A stretch of 35,318 bases of DNA from Planctomycetales bacterium (GCA_027435495.1 DAHZZC010000394.1:1-35318), one strand, 5' to 3'; positions 7,553 to 16,247 are shown, counted from the stretch's first letter. Notes: generated from the sequence alone by a model not told the origin. Translations and numbers: made by a program.

Positions 7553-8968
7553 TCAGGATTCGTCGGTGACGGAGGGCTTTGGCAACTTGCTTTCCAGGCC
7601 CTTGTATCGGTCGCCGGCCTTCCGGAAAGAGGCGCCGTCGTCGATGAATTTTCGCTGCTGACGCTGTCCGTTGGCGACGGCGAAGAGTCGTCGCACGATG
7701 GCGGGACTGCTCTCGTTGGCGGCCTCGCTGTGGCCGCTCTCCTTGTCGGGCCGCCAGTTCTCGATCAGCTCCGGGACGATTTCGAGGAGGAACCGCACGC
7801 GGGTGGCCCGGGCGAGCTTGGGATCCTCGAGCTTCGCCAGAACCTGGGCCGGGGTGCGCTGGGCCATCCCGGAAACGGTTTTGATCGGGCCGTCATCGAC
7901 GGGTGTCGGGGCGAAGACCGAGCGAGCGAAGGACTGGAGTGCGAGCTTCTCCGCCTTGAGGGGATCGCGGTCGAGCACACCGCCCTTGTAGGCGTGAACT
8001 TCCTCGAGGATGCCACGCAGGGCGACGGCGAGCGGTGTACGCGACTCGGCACGCGCGCTATCCAGACCGACCTTCAGGAGGTTCGCGAGGTATTCGTTTT
8101 GCTTCCCGCGATCGCTCGGGTGGCGTTCGGCGGCCTGCATGAGCAGTCCGCTGGCCCACCGGGTTTCGCCGGCCCTGGCCTCGATGAGCGAACGAAGGGC
8201 GGTGGCCTCGGCTTCGTCGAGCGCCCGGATCGACGGAGTGGCCGGGGGCGCGGTGGTCGCTCCCCTGGCCGATGTCGCCGCGGGTGCGACGGCCGGACCG
8301 CGAGGTGACGGCTCGGCGGCGGACGGGGCCGCAATGGGACGCGAGGCGGACGCTGGGGACTGGATGGGACTCGATGCCGGGGCGGATTTGGCCTCCTCGT
8401 CGTATTGCCGAAGCGGTCCGGTCGGGCGACGACGTTCGCGAGGCGGTTCTGGCCGGGGCGCCTCGGGCTCCAGTTTCATCTCCGGGCGTGTCGAGGGTGC
8501 CTCACCAAAGGCGGCCAGAGCGATTTTGTGCAGATGATCGGCGTCGTCCAGCTCGGAGTCGGGCTCTTCGGGCTGCGGGACCGCGATGGGCAGATCCTTC
8601 AGTTTCTCGCCATCGGCGGTCTCGATTCGGGTCAGGACGAGATCGTCTCCGTCCATCCGGCAGAAAATCTCCCGGACGCTGAGTTCCCGGCGCACTCCGG
8701 TGTTGTGGAGATAGGTGATCTTGATCGAGGGCGTGGAGGGTCGCTTGGTCATGCCTTCCCGGAACTTTGGGTCGGCCTCGGCGGTTGCGAGCAATTGACG
8801 GGCGGCATAGGCGCCGTAGGTGGCGGGATCGGAGGAATCGATCCGCAAGCGGCCCTGAGGATCCCTGATGACCCGGATTTCGGCGATCGACCAGGCCGTT
8901 GACGCTTGAGGGGCATGGGGTCGTGAAGCCGCCTCGGGTCGCCCCCCTCGATCATTCGCAGCCGCCAC
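7553..8968 (-). CDS. Hypothetical protein: small N-terminal domain, Pro/Ala/Ser-rich disordered linker and C-terminal helical domain
   Basis: Frame of track ORF 7553..9079. I prefer GTG at 8968, preceded by GAGGA with an 8-nt spacer. ATG at 9079 or 9052 are alternatives. I recognise no family. Confidence 0.65.
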   Translation of the reverse strand: MAAANDRGGRPEAASRPHAPQASTAWSIAEIRVIRDPQGRLRIDSSDPATYGAYAARQLLATAEADPKFREGMTKRPSTPSIKITYLHNTGVRRELSVREIFCRMDGDDLVLTRIETADGEKLKDLPIAVPQPEEPDSELDDADHLHKIALAAFGEAPSTRPEMKLEPEAPRPEPPRERRRPTGPLRQYDEEAKSAPASSPIQSPASASRPIAAPSAAEPSPRGPAVAPAATSARGATTAPPATPSIRALDEAEATALRSLIEARAGETRWASGLLMQAAERHPSDRGKQNEYLANLLKVGLDSARAESRTPLAVALRGILEEVHAYKGGVLDRDPLKAEKLALQSFARSVFAPTPVDDGPIKTVSGMAQRTPAQVLAKLEDPKLARATRVRFLLEIVPELIENWRPDKESGHSEAANESSPAIVRRLFAVANGQRQQRKFIDDGASFRKAGDRYKGLESKLPKPSVTDES

Positions 8969-9482
8969 GTCATTAATCCTCGCTGATGGAGATGGGAGAA
9001 GTTCCAGCCGTTGACGACCTGACCGCATTCGTGGATTCTGTCGATGCGTCATGGTCCAGCGGGGCACGGGGCTTTCCACCCGCTTTCGTCACGACGATCC
9101 GTGACGAGAGCTGGAGTTCTGTGTTTTTCGACACCTCGTTCCGCGGAGAAGTTCCCTTCGATGATACCGCGGTCCCCCCCGATGTTGCCACTGGCCGTTT
9201 GCGGGGTGGAACGGTCTGGATGCGGTCGTTTGCCAGGTTGTTGCGGGTTGGTTGAGGTCGAGTTGGCCGGGCGGGGGATGGGAATCCTCGCCGGTGGACG
9301 GAGGGTGCTGGGCGGGAATTCTTCCGCGGTCACGGGCCGTCGGATGGCTCGGATTCTGGAGCGGCGGCGGTCGAGTCGGCGGCGGGCTTTCTGGTAAACT
9401 TGGAAGGGCGACCGTATGCCGGCGTGGGCAGGGCGGATGGGTCGGGCTGGCCGGTCGACGCTGGGAATCGAGGCGAGGGTCG

Positions 9483-10775
9483 ATGCTCGAATCTTTGCAT
9501 TTAAAGAACGTCGGGCCGGCGCCTGAGATGGAGATCCATTTCCGGCCGAGGATCAATCTTCTGACGGGCGACAACGGCCTCGGGAAGACCTTCCTCCTGG
9601 ATATCGCCTGGTGGGTGCTGACCCGGACATGGGCTGGGATGCCGGCGGTGCCTCCACGGCAGGGCTGGAAAACCCCCCGTGGGACGGAGCGAGGAACCTC
9701 GGTGATCCAGTACGGATACCGGAACGGTTCGGGCAAGCCTCACGAGGGCGAGAGCCTCTTCAACCGCGCCGAGCAATCCTGGTCGTCGAAGCCCGCCCAT
9801 CCGGTTGCCCCAGGGCTCGTGATTTACGCGCGGTCGGATGGTGGCTTCTCCGTCTGGGACCCGGCCCGGAATGCCTGGAAGGACAGAGATACGAGAAACC
9901 TTGACCTGCCTTCAGCCTTCCACTTCGGTGCCAGGGAGGTCTGGGACGGCCTGCCTCTCGACCGTCCGAACAAGCTCTGCAATGGCCTGATCCTCGACTG
10001 GGGGAACTGGCAGCGCGAGAACGGCGAGGCCTTCGCCCAGCTCGTGGCGGTCTTGCAGGCCCTCTCGTCGTCCCCCGATGAGCGACTCCAGCCGGGTAAG
10101 CTGACGCGGATCGATGTGGCCGACGCGCGGGATCACCCGACCCTCAAGACGGCGTACGGTCAGGAGGTCCCGCTCGTCCTGGCCTCGGCTGGAGTCCGTC
10201 GGATCGCCGCGCTGGCGTATCTCCTCGTCTGGACGTGGGAGGAGCACCGGCGCGCCGCTGCGATCCGAGGTGTCGAGCCAGCGAGCGAGATCCTCTTTCT
10301 CGTCGACGAGATCGAGAACCATCTCCATCCGCGGTGGCAACGTCGGATTGTGAAGGCTCTCCTGGAAGTGATCAAGGCCCTGGCTTCCACGGGAACCGTC
10401 TCGATCCAGCTCGTTGCGACGACCCACTCGCCCCTGATCCTCGTCTCGATGGAAACCTTCTTCGATTCGCGGAAGGACGCCCTTTGGGGACTCGATCTGG
10501 TAGACCGGAAGGTCGAGTTGCAGGAAATCCCCTACATCCGCCGGGGGGTTGTGGACAACTGGCTGACGAGTCCAGCGATTGGGCTGCACCAGCCGAGATC
10601 CCTGGAGGCCGAACAGGTCCTTGGGAAGGCCCTTGCGCTGCTCAGGAAAACTCCGACGCCGCCGATCCGGGAGTTCGAGGAAGTCGATCGAGAACTGCGC
10701 GGAGTTCTGGGCGACATCGACCCGTTCTGGGTCCGCTGGAGTTACCTACTGGAAGAAATGCGGGGTGGGGCTTGA
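9483..10775 (+). CDS. ABC/SMC-type AAA ATPase (AAA_15/AAA_21-like), PtuA-like
   Basis: The start is an internal ATG of track ORF 9252..10775 (MLESLHLKNVGPAPEMEIHF...). Motifs: Walker A LLTGDNGLGKT, signature-like LASAGVRR, Walker B ILFLVDEIENHLHP and H-loop ATTHSPLIL. The upstream part of the ORF is Gly/Trp/Arg-rich and looks non-coding. Confidence 0.85.
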   Translation: MLESLHLKNVGPAPEMEIHFRPRINLLTGDNGLGKTFLLDIAWWVLTRTWAGMPAVPPRQGWKTPRGTERGTSVIQYGYRNGSGKPHEGESLFNRAEQSWSSKPAHPVAPGLVIYARSDGGFSVWDPARNAWKDRDTRNLDLPSAFHFGAREVWDGLPLDRPNKLCNGLILDWGNWQRENGEAFAQLVAVLQALSSSPDERLQPGKLTRIDVADARDHPTLKTAYGQEVPLVLASAGVRRIAALAYLLVWTWEEHRRAAAIRGVEPASEILFLVDEIENHLHPRWQRRIVKALLEVIKALASTGTVSIQLVATTHSPLILVSMETFFDSRKDALWGLDLVDRKVELQEIPYIRRGVVDNWLTSPAIGLHQPRSLEAEQVLGKALALLRKTPTPPIREFEEVDRELRGVLGDIDPFWVRWSYLLEEMRGGA

Positions 10776-11443
10776 TCCCAGTTCGGCCGGCGCCCGAGCC
10801 GCCGGATTTCGACCGGAAGGTCCGTCAGCCGGGGCTTAGCGCCATCGCGGAACTGGTCGGAGAGCCGCCCACAATCCCGCGACCGGGGCCTCGGCGCCAG
10901 AAGATCGCCGACCATCGCGAGGAGATTCCTTCCGAGAGCTTTCCGGATTTTTGGCGGAAGGCGATCGGAGATATGATGCGAGCCTACGACCGGATCTGTG
11001 CCTACATGGCCATCTGGATCGAAGAAGTCACCGGCGTCGGGACCATCGATCATATGATCCCAAGATCTGTGGATTGGAACCACGTCTACGAATGGGACAA
11101 CTATCGGCTTGCCTGTTCGCTGATGAACTCCAGGAAGAACGACGCCATCGCCGTACTGGACCCGTTCCAGGTCGAGCCCGGCTGGTTCGAGCTCGATCTG
11201 GTCGGAATGCAGGTGCGTGCCTCCGGAACGGTTTCCCCTAACATTCGGGATAGGCTGGAGCGGACGATCGAAAGGCTGCGGCTCAACGAGAACGATTGCC
11301 GGGCGGCTCGCAGGGTTTATTTCGAAAACTATCTTGATCAATCGATTAGTTATACTTATCTCTGTAGACGGGCTCCGTTCCTAGCGAGGGAGATCCGCCG
11401 TCAGGGATTCCTGCGGAACGGAGACCAGGAATCTCCCCCATGA
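10772..11443 (+). CDS. HNH-family nuclease (TIGR02646-like), PtuB-like
   Basis: Frame of track ORF 10235..11443. The only plausible start past the ATPase is TTG at 10772, which overlaps the ATPase stop as TTGA. The N-terminus is (M)IPVRPAPEPPDF. The HNH core is IDHMIPRS...WDNYRLACSLMNSRKND. Confidence 0.8.
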   Translation: MIPVRPAPEPPDFDRKVRQPGLSAIAELVGEPPTIPRPGPRRQKIADHREEIPSESFPDFWRKAIGDMMRAYDRICAYMAIWIEEVTGVGTIDHMIPRSVDWNHVYEWDNYRLACSLMNSRKNDAIAVLDPFQVEPGWFELDLVGMQVRASGTVSPNIRDRLERTIERLRLNENDCRAARRVYFENYLDQSISYTYLCRRAPFLAREIRRQGFLRNGDQESPP

Positions 11444-12237
11444 CCGTCCCCGAACAGCGTCTGCCTCGATCGGACAGGCCGCCTCTCGTTGAAAAAGTCG
11501 CCATCGTCACCGGCGCCTCGAGCGGGATCGGTCGGGCGCTGGCGCTTCGGCTGGCTTCAATGGGGTATCGCGTCGGACTCATCGCCCGGCGCGGGGATCG
11601 GCTTGAGGAACTCGCCCGCGAGATCGATTCGGTCGGAGGGACCGCGTTCGCCGCTGTGGCGGATGTCGGCGACCGGGCGGCCTTGCATCGCGCTTTTCGC
11701 GATCTGGAAGACGCGATCGGGCCGACGGATGTCCTGGTCGCCAACGCCGGTTTCGGGACGCCCACCTGGCTCGATCCGGTGAACATCGACGACGTCGAAA
11801 ACACCTTCCGCGTCAATCTGATGGGCGTCGTCTACGCGATCGAGGCCGCCCTGCCGGGGATGCTCGCTCGACGGCGCGGGCAGATCGTCGCCGTTTCCAG
11901 CCTCGCCGGCGATCGCGGACTCCCTGGTGAGGCCGCCTATTGCGCCAGCAAGGCCGCCGTGAATGTCTACCTTCAAAGTCTTCGCGCCGATCTCCGCGGA
12001 CGCGGCATTCGTGTGACCACCGTTTGCCCAGGGTTCGTTCAGACCGAAATCACTCCCCTGGACGCAACGCTCACACCGTTTATCATCTCCGCCGATGACG
12101 CCGCACGCAGGATCGCCCGACTCATCGATCGACGTCGCGGCGGCGTTCACCGTTTTCCCCGGCGAATGGCCCTTCTGATGGGGATCGTCAATCGGCTCCC
12201 AGATTTCGTTTTGTGTCGTCTTATTGGTCATTCATAA
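11440..12237 (+). CDS. Short-chain dehydrogenase/reductase (classical SDR)
   Basis: Track ORF 11440..12237. Motifs: TGASSGIGRA, NAG and YCASK. There is an ATGA overlap with the HNH gene stop. Confidence 0.9.
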   Translation: MTVPEQRLPRSDRPPLVEKVAIVTGASSGIGRALALRLASMGYRVGLIARRGDRLEELAREIDSVGGTAFAAVADVGDRAALHRAFRDLEDAIGPTDVLVANAGFGTPTWLDPVNIDDVENTFRVNLMGVVYAIEAALPGMLARRRGQIVAVSSLAGDRGLPGEAAYCASKAAVNVYLQSLRADLRGRGIRVTTVCPGFVQTEITPLDATLTPFIISADDAARRIARLIDRRRGGVHRFPRRMALLMGIVNRLPDFVLCRLIGHS

Positions 12238-12270
12238 TCAGTTTTGTATTTGGATATCGGAGGATGTTGA

Positions 12271-13398
12271 TTGATCGATCTGGCCTTGAAGATGCTCCTG
12301 GATGAGAAGGCCCGGTTCGCGGCGACCGTGCTCGGTGTCGGGTTTGCCGCGGCGCTTGTGCTGGTTCAGGTCGGCATTTTCGCCGGGCTCCTTCAAAATG
12401 CCAGCATCACGATCGAACGTCTCGACGCCGACCTCTGGGTCGCCTCGCGCAACGCCCCCAATATCGACTTCGGCAATCCCTTTCCCGAACGCTATGTCGA
12501 TCGCGTTCGGTCGATCCCTGGCGTCGAGCGCGCGGATAACCTCATCGTCTGGTACGCCTTCGTCGCCCTGCCGACCGGGGCCAAGGAGTCTGTTGAGTTT
12601 TACGGGCTCGAAGATTTCCCCGCCTGGCACTTTCCCTGGGATGTCACTTCCGGCGATCCGGCCGACCTTCGACGCGGTCGGTTCGTCCTGCTCGATGCCT
12701 CGGCCGAGCGCCGGTTCGGAGCGTTCCAGCCCGGCGATTTTCGAGAGTTCAACGGGCGGCAGCTCAAGATCATCGGCCGGACCCGCGGCGCCCTCTCGTT
12801 TACCACCAGCCCGATCGCCTTCGTCGACTACCGGATGGCCCAGTTGCTCGCGCCCGCCGACCTCGACGGCCGAACCACCTTCCTCCTCATTCGTCTCGCA
12901 CCCGGAGCCGACGTCGAAACCGTCCGCGCCGAGGTCCGCAAGCGATTGCCCTATAACGACGTCTACACCCGAGACGAATGGGCCGCCCGATCGCGCGCCT
13001 ACTGGATCGAAAGTACCGGACTCGGGCTCACTCTGGCCCTCACGGTCGGCCTTGGGGCACTGGTCGGTGTCGTGATTGTCGGCCAGACGCTCTATGCCTC
13101 CACCACCGAGCATCTGGCCGACTTCGGGACCGTCAAGGCCCTCGGCGGCGGCAATCGGACCGTCTTTGGGATCATCGCCGAACAGGCCACCTTCGCCGCA
13201 GCGCTCGGGTTTGGACTGGCCGTGGGGTTGACCTGGGCCCTCGCCCCCGTTCTTGAACGACTTGATATGAAAATGATCGTCTCGCCCATGCTGATGGCCC
13301 TCGTTTATGCCGGGACCCAGGCGCTTTGCCTCGCCGCTGCTTCGATGTCGTTTCGGAAGGTCGCGACGACGGATCCGGCGATTGTGTTCCGGGGGTGA
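12271..13398 (+). CDS. ABC exporter permease, DevC/FtsX-like
   Basis: Track ORF 12271..13398. The TTG start is preceded by GGAGGA with a 6-nt spacer. The N-terminus MIDLALKMLLDEKARFAATVLGV is typical of DevC-type permeases. The C-terminus has an FtsX-like TM bundle. Confidence 0.9.
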   Translation: MIDLALKMLLDEKARFAATVLGVGFAAALVLVQVGIFAGLLQNASITIERLDADLWVASRNAPNIDFGNPFPERYVDRVRSIPGVERADNLIVWYAFVALPTGAKESVEFYGLEDFPAWHFPWDVTSGDPADLRRGRFVLLDASAERRFGAFQPGDFREFNGRQLKIIGRTRGALSFTTSPIAFVDYRMAQLLAPADLDGRTTFLLIRLAPGADVETVRAEVRKRLPYNDVYTRDEWAARSRAYWIESTGLGLTLALTVGLGALVGVVIVGQTLYASTTEHLADFGTVKALGGGNRTVFGIIAEQATFAAALGFGLAVGLTWALAPVLERLDMKMIVSPMLMALVYAGTQALCLAAASMSFRKVATTDPAIVFRG

Positions 13399-13400
13399 AA

Positions 13401-14087
13401 ATGATCGTCCTCGAAGCCCACGATGTGTCGAAGGTTTACCGCGAGGGGCCGCACGAGGTCCATGCGCTGCGCGGGGTTTCACTCTCGGTGAGGCGTGGCG
13501 AGGTGCTGGCGATCGAGGGGCCGTCAGGGTCGGGGAAGACGACCCTGCTTAGCGTTCTCGGATGCTTGCTCACGCCGACGAGCGGGCGGATTGTCGTGGA
13601 TGGGCGCGAGGTCGATCCGCATCGGCCGGGTCAGCTTCGCGAGTTGCGGCGGCACGCGATCGGGTTCGTCTTCCAGCAATTTCACCTGTTCGCAGCGTTG
13701 ACCGCGGCGGAGAATGTGATCTACGGGTTGAACCTCCGCGGTTGGACCGGCGAGAAGGCGCGTCGCGAAGCTGAACGGGTGCTGCGTTCGGTTGGGCTCG
13801 GCGAGCGGATGGACTTCCGCCCGCGTGACCTTTCGGGTGGGCAGCGGCAGAGGGTCGCCGTGGCCCGGGCGCTGGCCGGTCCGTCGAGCCTGATTCTTGC
13901 CGATGAGCCGACGGGAAACCTCGATGGTGAAAGCGGTGCCCGCGTACTGGACCTGTTTCGATCGCTCGCCCGGTCCGAGGGACGGGCGCTCGTGATCGTC
14001 ACGCACGACCCACGCGTCCGGACGATCGCCGATCGCGTCGTCACCATACGAGACGGTCGGATCACCCACGAGGAACTGGAGAATTAA
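13401..14087 (+). CDS. ABC transporter ATP-binding protein (DevA/MacB/LolD-like)
   Basis: The start is an internal ATG of track ORF 13326..14087 (MIVLEAHDVSKVY...). Motifs: Walker A GPSGSGKTT, signature LSGGQRQRVAVARAL and Walker B LILADEPTGNLD. Confidence 0.9.
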   Translation: MIVLEAHDVSKVYREGPHEVHALRGVSLSVRRGEVLAIEGPSGSGKTTLLSVLGCLLTPTSGRIVVDGREVDPHRPGQLRELRRHAIGFVFQQFHLFAALTAAENVIYGLNLRGWTGEKARREAERVLRSVGLGERMDFRPRDLSGGQRQRVAVARALAGPSSLILADEPTGNLDGESGARVLDLFRSLARSEGRALVIVTHDPRVRTIADRVVTIRDGRITHEELEN

Positions 14088-14092
14088 CTGCG

Positions 14093-15019
14093 ATGTCGGC
14101 CTCGATGGTCCTCGGGCGAATCCTCCTGCCGGCGTCGGCCGTGATCTTGCTGGTCGGGGTCGCCTGGAACGCCGTCGCGCCGGGGAAGGCGGATCGGGAT
14201 CGACCGACATCCGGGCCCGTCGAGAGGCGGGCCGAGGTACGCGTGACCGCGGAGGGGCGTATCGTCGCGTATCCGGGCGGCGAGGTCACCGTGGGGTCGG
14301 AAGTGCTTGGGACCATCGTGGCGATGCCGGCGCGGGAGCGGCAAACGGTTCGTCGCGGTGAACTGCTCGCGCAGCTTCGCGACGATGAGGTACGTGCCTC
14401 GCTCGCGGAGGCCCGGTTGCGGCTGACCGAGTCGGAGGCGGCGCTGAAGGTCGAGCGCGCTCGGGCCGGGCTCGATCGCCTTCTGCCTGGGTTTGGGCTG
14501 AGCCGCCCGGGCGCGGTTCCCTCGCCGATGCGCAACGACGTGCTGACCGCCTACCAGGCCCGACGCGACGCGGCACGCGCGGCCATCGATCGGCTCGAAG
14601 CGGATTCCGCCCGATATCGGATCGTCGCCCCGATCGACGGTGTCGTGATCGGGCGGCATGCCGACCCGGGTGAGACGGTTTCGCCCGCGGCGCCGATCGT
14701 CACGATTGCCGATTTGAAGCGGCTGCACGTCGAGGCCGAGGTGGACGAATTCGATATCCCTCGCGTGGCGGTCGACGCCTTGGCGATCGTCCGTGCGACC
14801 GGTTATCGGCCCGAGGGCTGGCGTGGGCGGGTCGAGGAAGTGGCCGACGCGGTTGTCCCGCGGCGAGGTCGGCCCGAAGATCCAGCGCGTCCCGCCGATA
14901 GCCGTGTGCTGGTTGTCCGGATCGAGCTGCTCGAAGCGACGCCATTGCGGCTCGGGCAGCGGGTGGAGGTCGAGATCGGTGCGGACGACGATCGAGGGAC
15001 GAGGACGCGGGCGGAGTGA
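14093..15019 (+). CDS. HlyD-family membrane fusion / periplasmic adaptor protein (DevB-like)
   Basis: Track ORF 14093..15019. It has an N-terminal TM segment, a coiled-coil segment, and IVAPIDGVVIG plus beta-barrel-like motifs. Confidence 0.85.
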   Translation: MSASMVLGRILLPASAVILLVGVAWNAVAPGKADRDRPTSGPVERRAEVRVTAEGRIVAYPGGEVTVGSEVLGTIVAMPARERQTVRRGELLAQLRDDEVRASLAEARLRLTESEAALKVERARAGLDRLLPGFGLSRPGAVPSPMRNDVLTAYQARRDAARAAIDRLEADSARYRIVAPIDGVVIGRHADPGETVSPAAPIVTIADLKRLHVEAEVDEFDIPRVAVDALAIVRATGYRPEGWRGRVEEVADAVVPRRGRPEDPARPADSRVLVVRIELLEATPLRLGQRVEVEIGADDDRGTRTRAE

Positions 15020-15050
15020 TGCTCATGCCCGCGCCTTGGGGAGCCGAATC

Positions 15051-15560
15051 ATGGTCCAGGCGAACCGGAAGATGGCCGTGAGTGGGGAAGCCCTCGCCAG
15101 CGAGGGGCGGGTCGTCGCCGACCTCCGCCGCTCGGCCTGGGACGTCACGACGATCGGCGCGAGCCTGATGGCGGCCGGTTTCACGTTTTTGTTTTTGATG
15201 ATCGCGCCGACACTCTGCCTGATGATCTTCGAGGATATCTGGAAGGACGATGCCGCCCTCGATCCGATCACAGCCTATCTCCTGCTGATCGACCTGGAGC
15301 AGACCGTCTTCCTGGCCGCCGCGGGCGCGGGGCTGTTCCTGCTCGCCGTGGTGCTCTTGCAGGTCTGGCGGCATCACCGACCGTTCCCGGCCTATCGACC
15401 GATCCTCGTCGCCCTCCTGATTGCCTGGGTCTGGATCATTCCGGAGGCGCTGGCCCGGGGCGGATCGATTGTTTCCGGAGGAGTGATCGGCACAGCCCTG
15501 GCGCTCGCCTTCGCGATCCAGTGGGGGCTGAGCGTCGCTTTCGACCGCGCCCTCGACTGA
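15051..15560 (+). CDS. Hypothetical integral membrane protein (about 4 TM segments)
   Basis: The start is an internal ATG of track ORF 14793..15560, preceded by GGGGAG with a 7-nt spacer. Hydrophobic segments include AAGFTFLFLMIAPTLCLMIF and LAAAGAGLFLLAVVLLQVW. Confidence 0.65.
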   Translation: MVQANRKMAVSGEALASEGRVVADLRRSAWDVTTIGASLMAAGFTFLFLMIAPTLCLMIFEDIWKDDAALDPITAYLLLIDLEQTVFLAAAGAGLFLLAVVLLQVWRHHRPFPAYRPILVALLIAWVWIIPEALARGGSIVSGGVIGTALALAFAIQWGLSVAFDRALD

Positions 15561-15659
15561 TCCGCGCGATCCCTCTGGAAAACGGGGGGGTGGCGGGGTA
15601 GAATGTTGACCTTGATCCGGCCGGAACGAGCCGGAGGTTTCGTCAGGGAATGGGAATGC

Positions 15660-15694
15660 GGGGATCGCCCGGCGGGGGATCGCCCGGATTTTTT
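15660..15694 (+). terminator. Possible rho-independent terminator (imperfect GC hairpin plus T6)
   Basis: The tandem copies of ggggatcgcccgg can fold through their GATC and CCC/GGG parts, giving about 9 bp with two G-G mismatches. This is followed by attttttat, about 100 nt after the 15560 stop. Confidence 0.3.
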
Positions 15695-15720
15695 ATCGAG
15701 CGGATCGCTCTGAGGTGTCC

Positions 15721-15850
15721 CGTGCCGTTTCGCCCGAGGAAGAAGAAGTCGCGTCAGGCCAAGTTTCACCGCTGCTCGTGGTGCGGGGCGCAGGTCCGTC
15801 GGCGGTCGTCGCGGTGCAAGAAGTGCTCGGAAGGGCAGAAGAAGAAGTGA
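15721..15850 (+). CDS. Small, highly basic zinc-ribbon-like protein (CxxC...CxxC)
   Basis: Frame of track ORF 15650..15850. I prefer GTG at 15721, preceded by GAGG with a 6-nt spacer, because the ATG at 15650 lies upstream of the putative terminator. The sequence is (M)PFRPRKKKSRQAKFHRCSWCGAQVRRRSSRCKKCSEGQKKK. GC3 is high. Confidence 0.45.
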
Positions 15851-15886
15851 GCCGGCCCGAAGTGGGGCCGGCGGAATCGCGATTCC
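15851..15886. terminator. Two adjacent palindromic hairpins between convergent genes (candidate bidirectional terminator)
   Basis: The first hairpin is gccggccc-gaagtg-gggccggc (8-bp stem). It is followed directly by the 14-nt perfect palindrome ggaatcgcgattcc. Both lie between the stop at 15850 (+) and the stop at 15918 (-). Confidence 0.4.
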
Positions 15887-15917
15887 CTTGAGGATGTCAT
15901 GTCGGTCGGCCGGTGGA

Positions 15918-16247
15918 TCAATCGGCCGGCCGCGGCCCAGGCGGGACGCCCGCCTGCTGCGATCGATTGATGACGCGAACAGTCACATCGGCCTCGACCC
16001 GAACCTGGCACGAGAGCCGGACGTTCGGGGAGAGGTCGCTTTCGCGCGCCAATCGCTCTTTCTCGGTCTCGCCCATCGGCGGGACGGAGCCGTCAAGCAC
16101 CTCGACGCGGCAGGTGGTGCATTTGGAGTTGCCGCCGCATCGGTGGAGGATGTCGACGCCCGCGTCCTCGATCGCCAGGACCAGCTTCTTTCCCGCCTCG
16201 ACATCAACCTGAATCGGCTTCTCCCCGTGGATGGTCACGGTGGGCAT
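15918..16247 (-). CDS. [2Fe-2S] ferredoxin (plant/vertebrate-type fold)
   Basis: The start is an internal Met of track ORF 15918..16313 (MPTVTIHGEKP...). The cysteine pattern is CGGNSKCTTC...LSCQ. Confidence 0.85.
   Translation of the reverse strand: MPTVTIHGEKPIQVDVEAGKKLVLAIEDAGVDILHRCGGNSKCTTCRVEVLDGSVPPMGETEKERLARESDLSPNVRLSCQVRVEADVTVRVINRSQQAGVPPGPRPAD

Noticed and set aside
9252-9482. N-terminal extensions offered by the ORF track: 9252 for the ATPase, 10235 for the HNH gene, 19768-20257 for the deacetylase, 21375-21524 for the oxidoreductase and 28624-28824 for Xer
   Set aside because: The extensions are Arg/Gly/Pro-rich, overlap upstream genes or lack an RBS. The internal starts reproduce canonical family N-termini and have Shine-Dalgarno-like sequences.
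12238-13482. Minus-strand ORF of 414 aa over the DevC permease
   Set aside because: It is antisense to a permease with a canonical N-terminus and RBS. Its composition is Gly/Glu/Asp-rich and non-protein-like.
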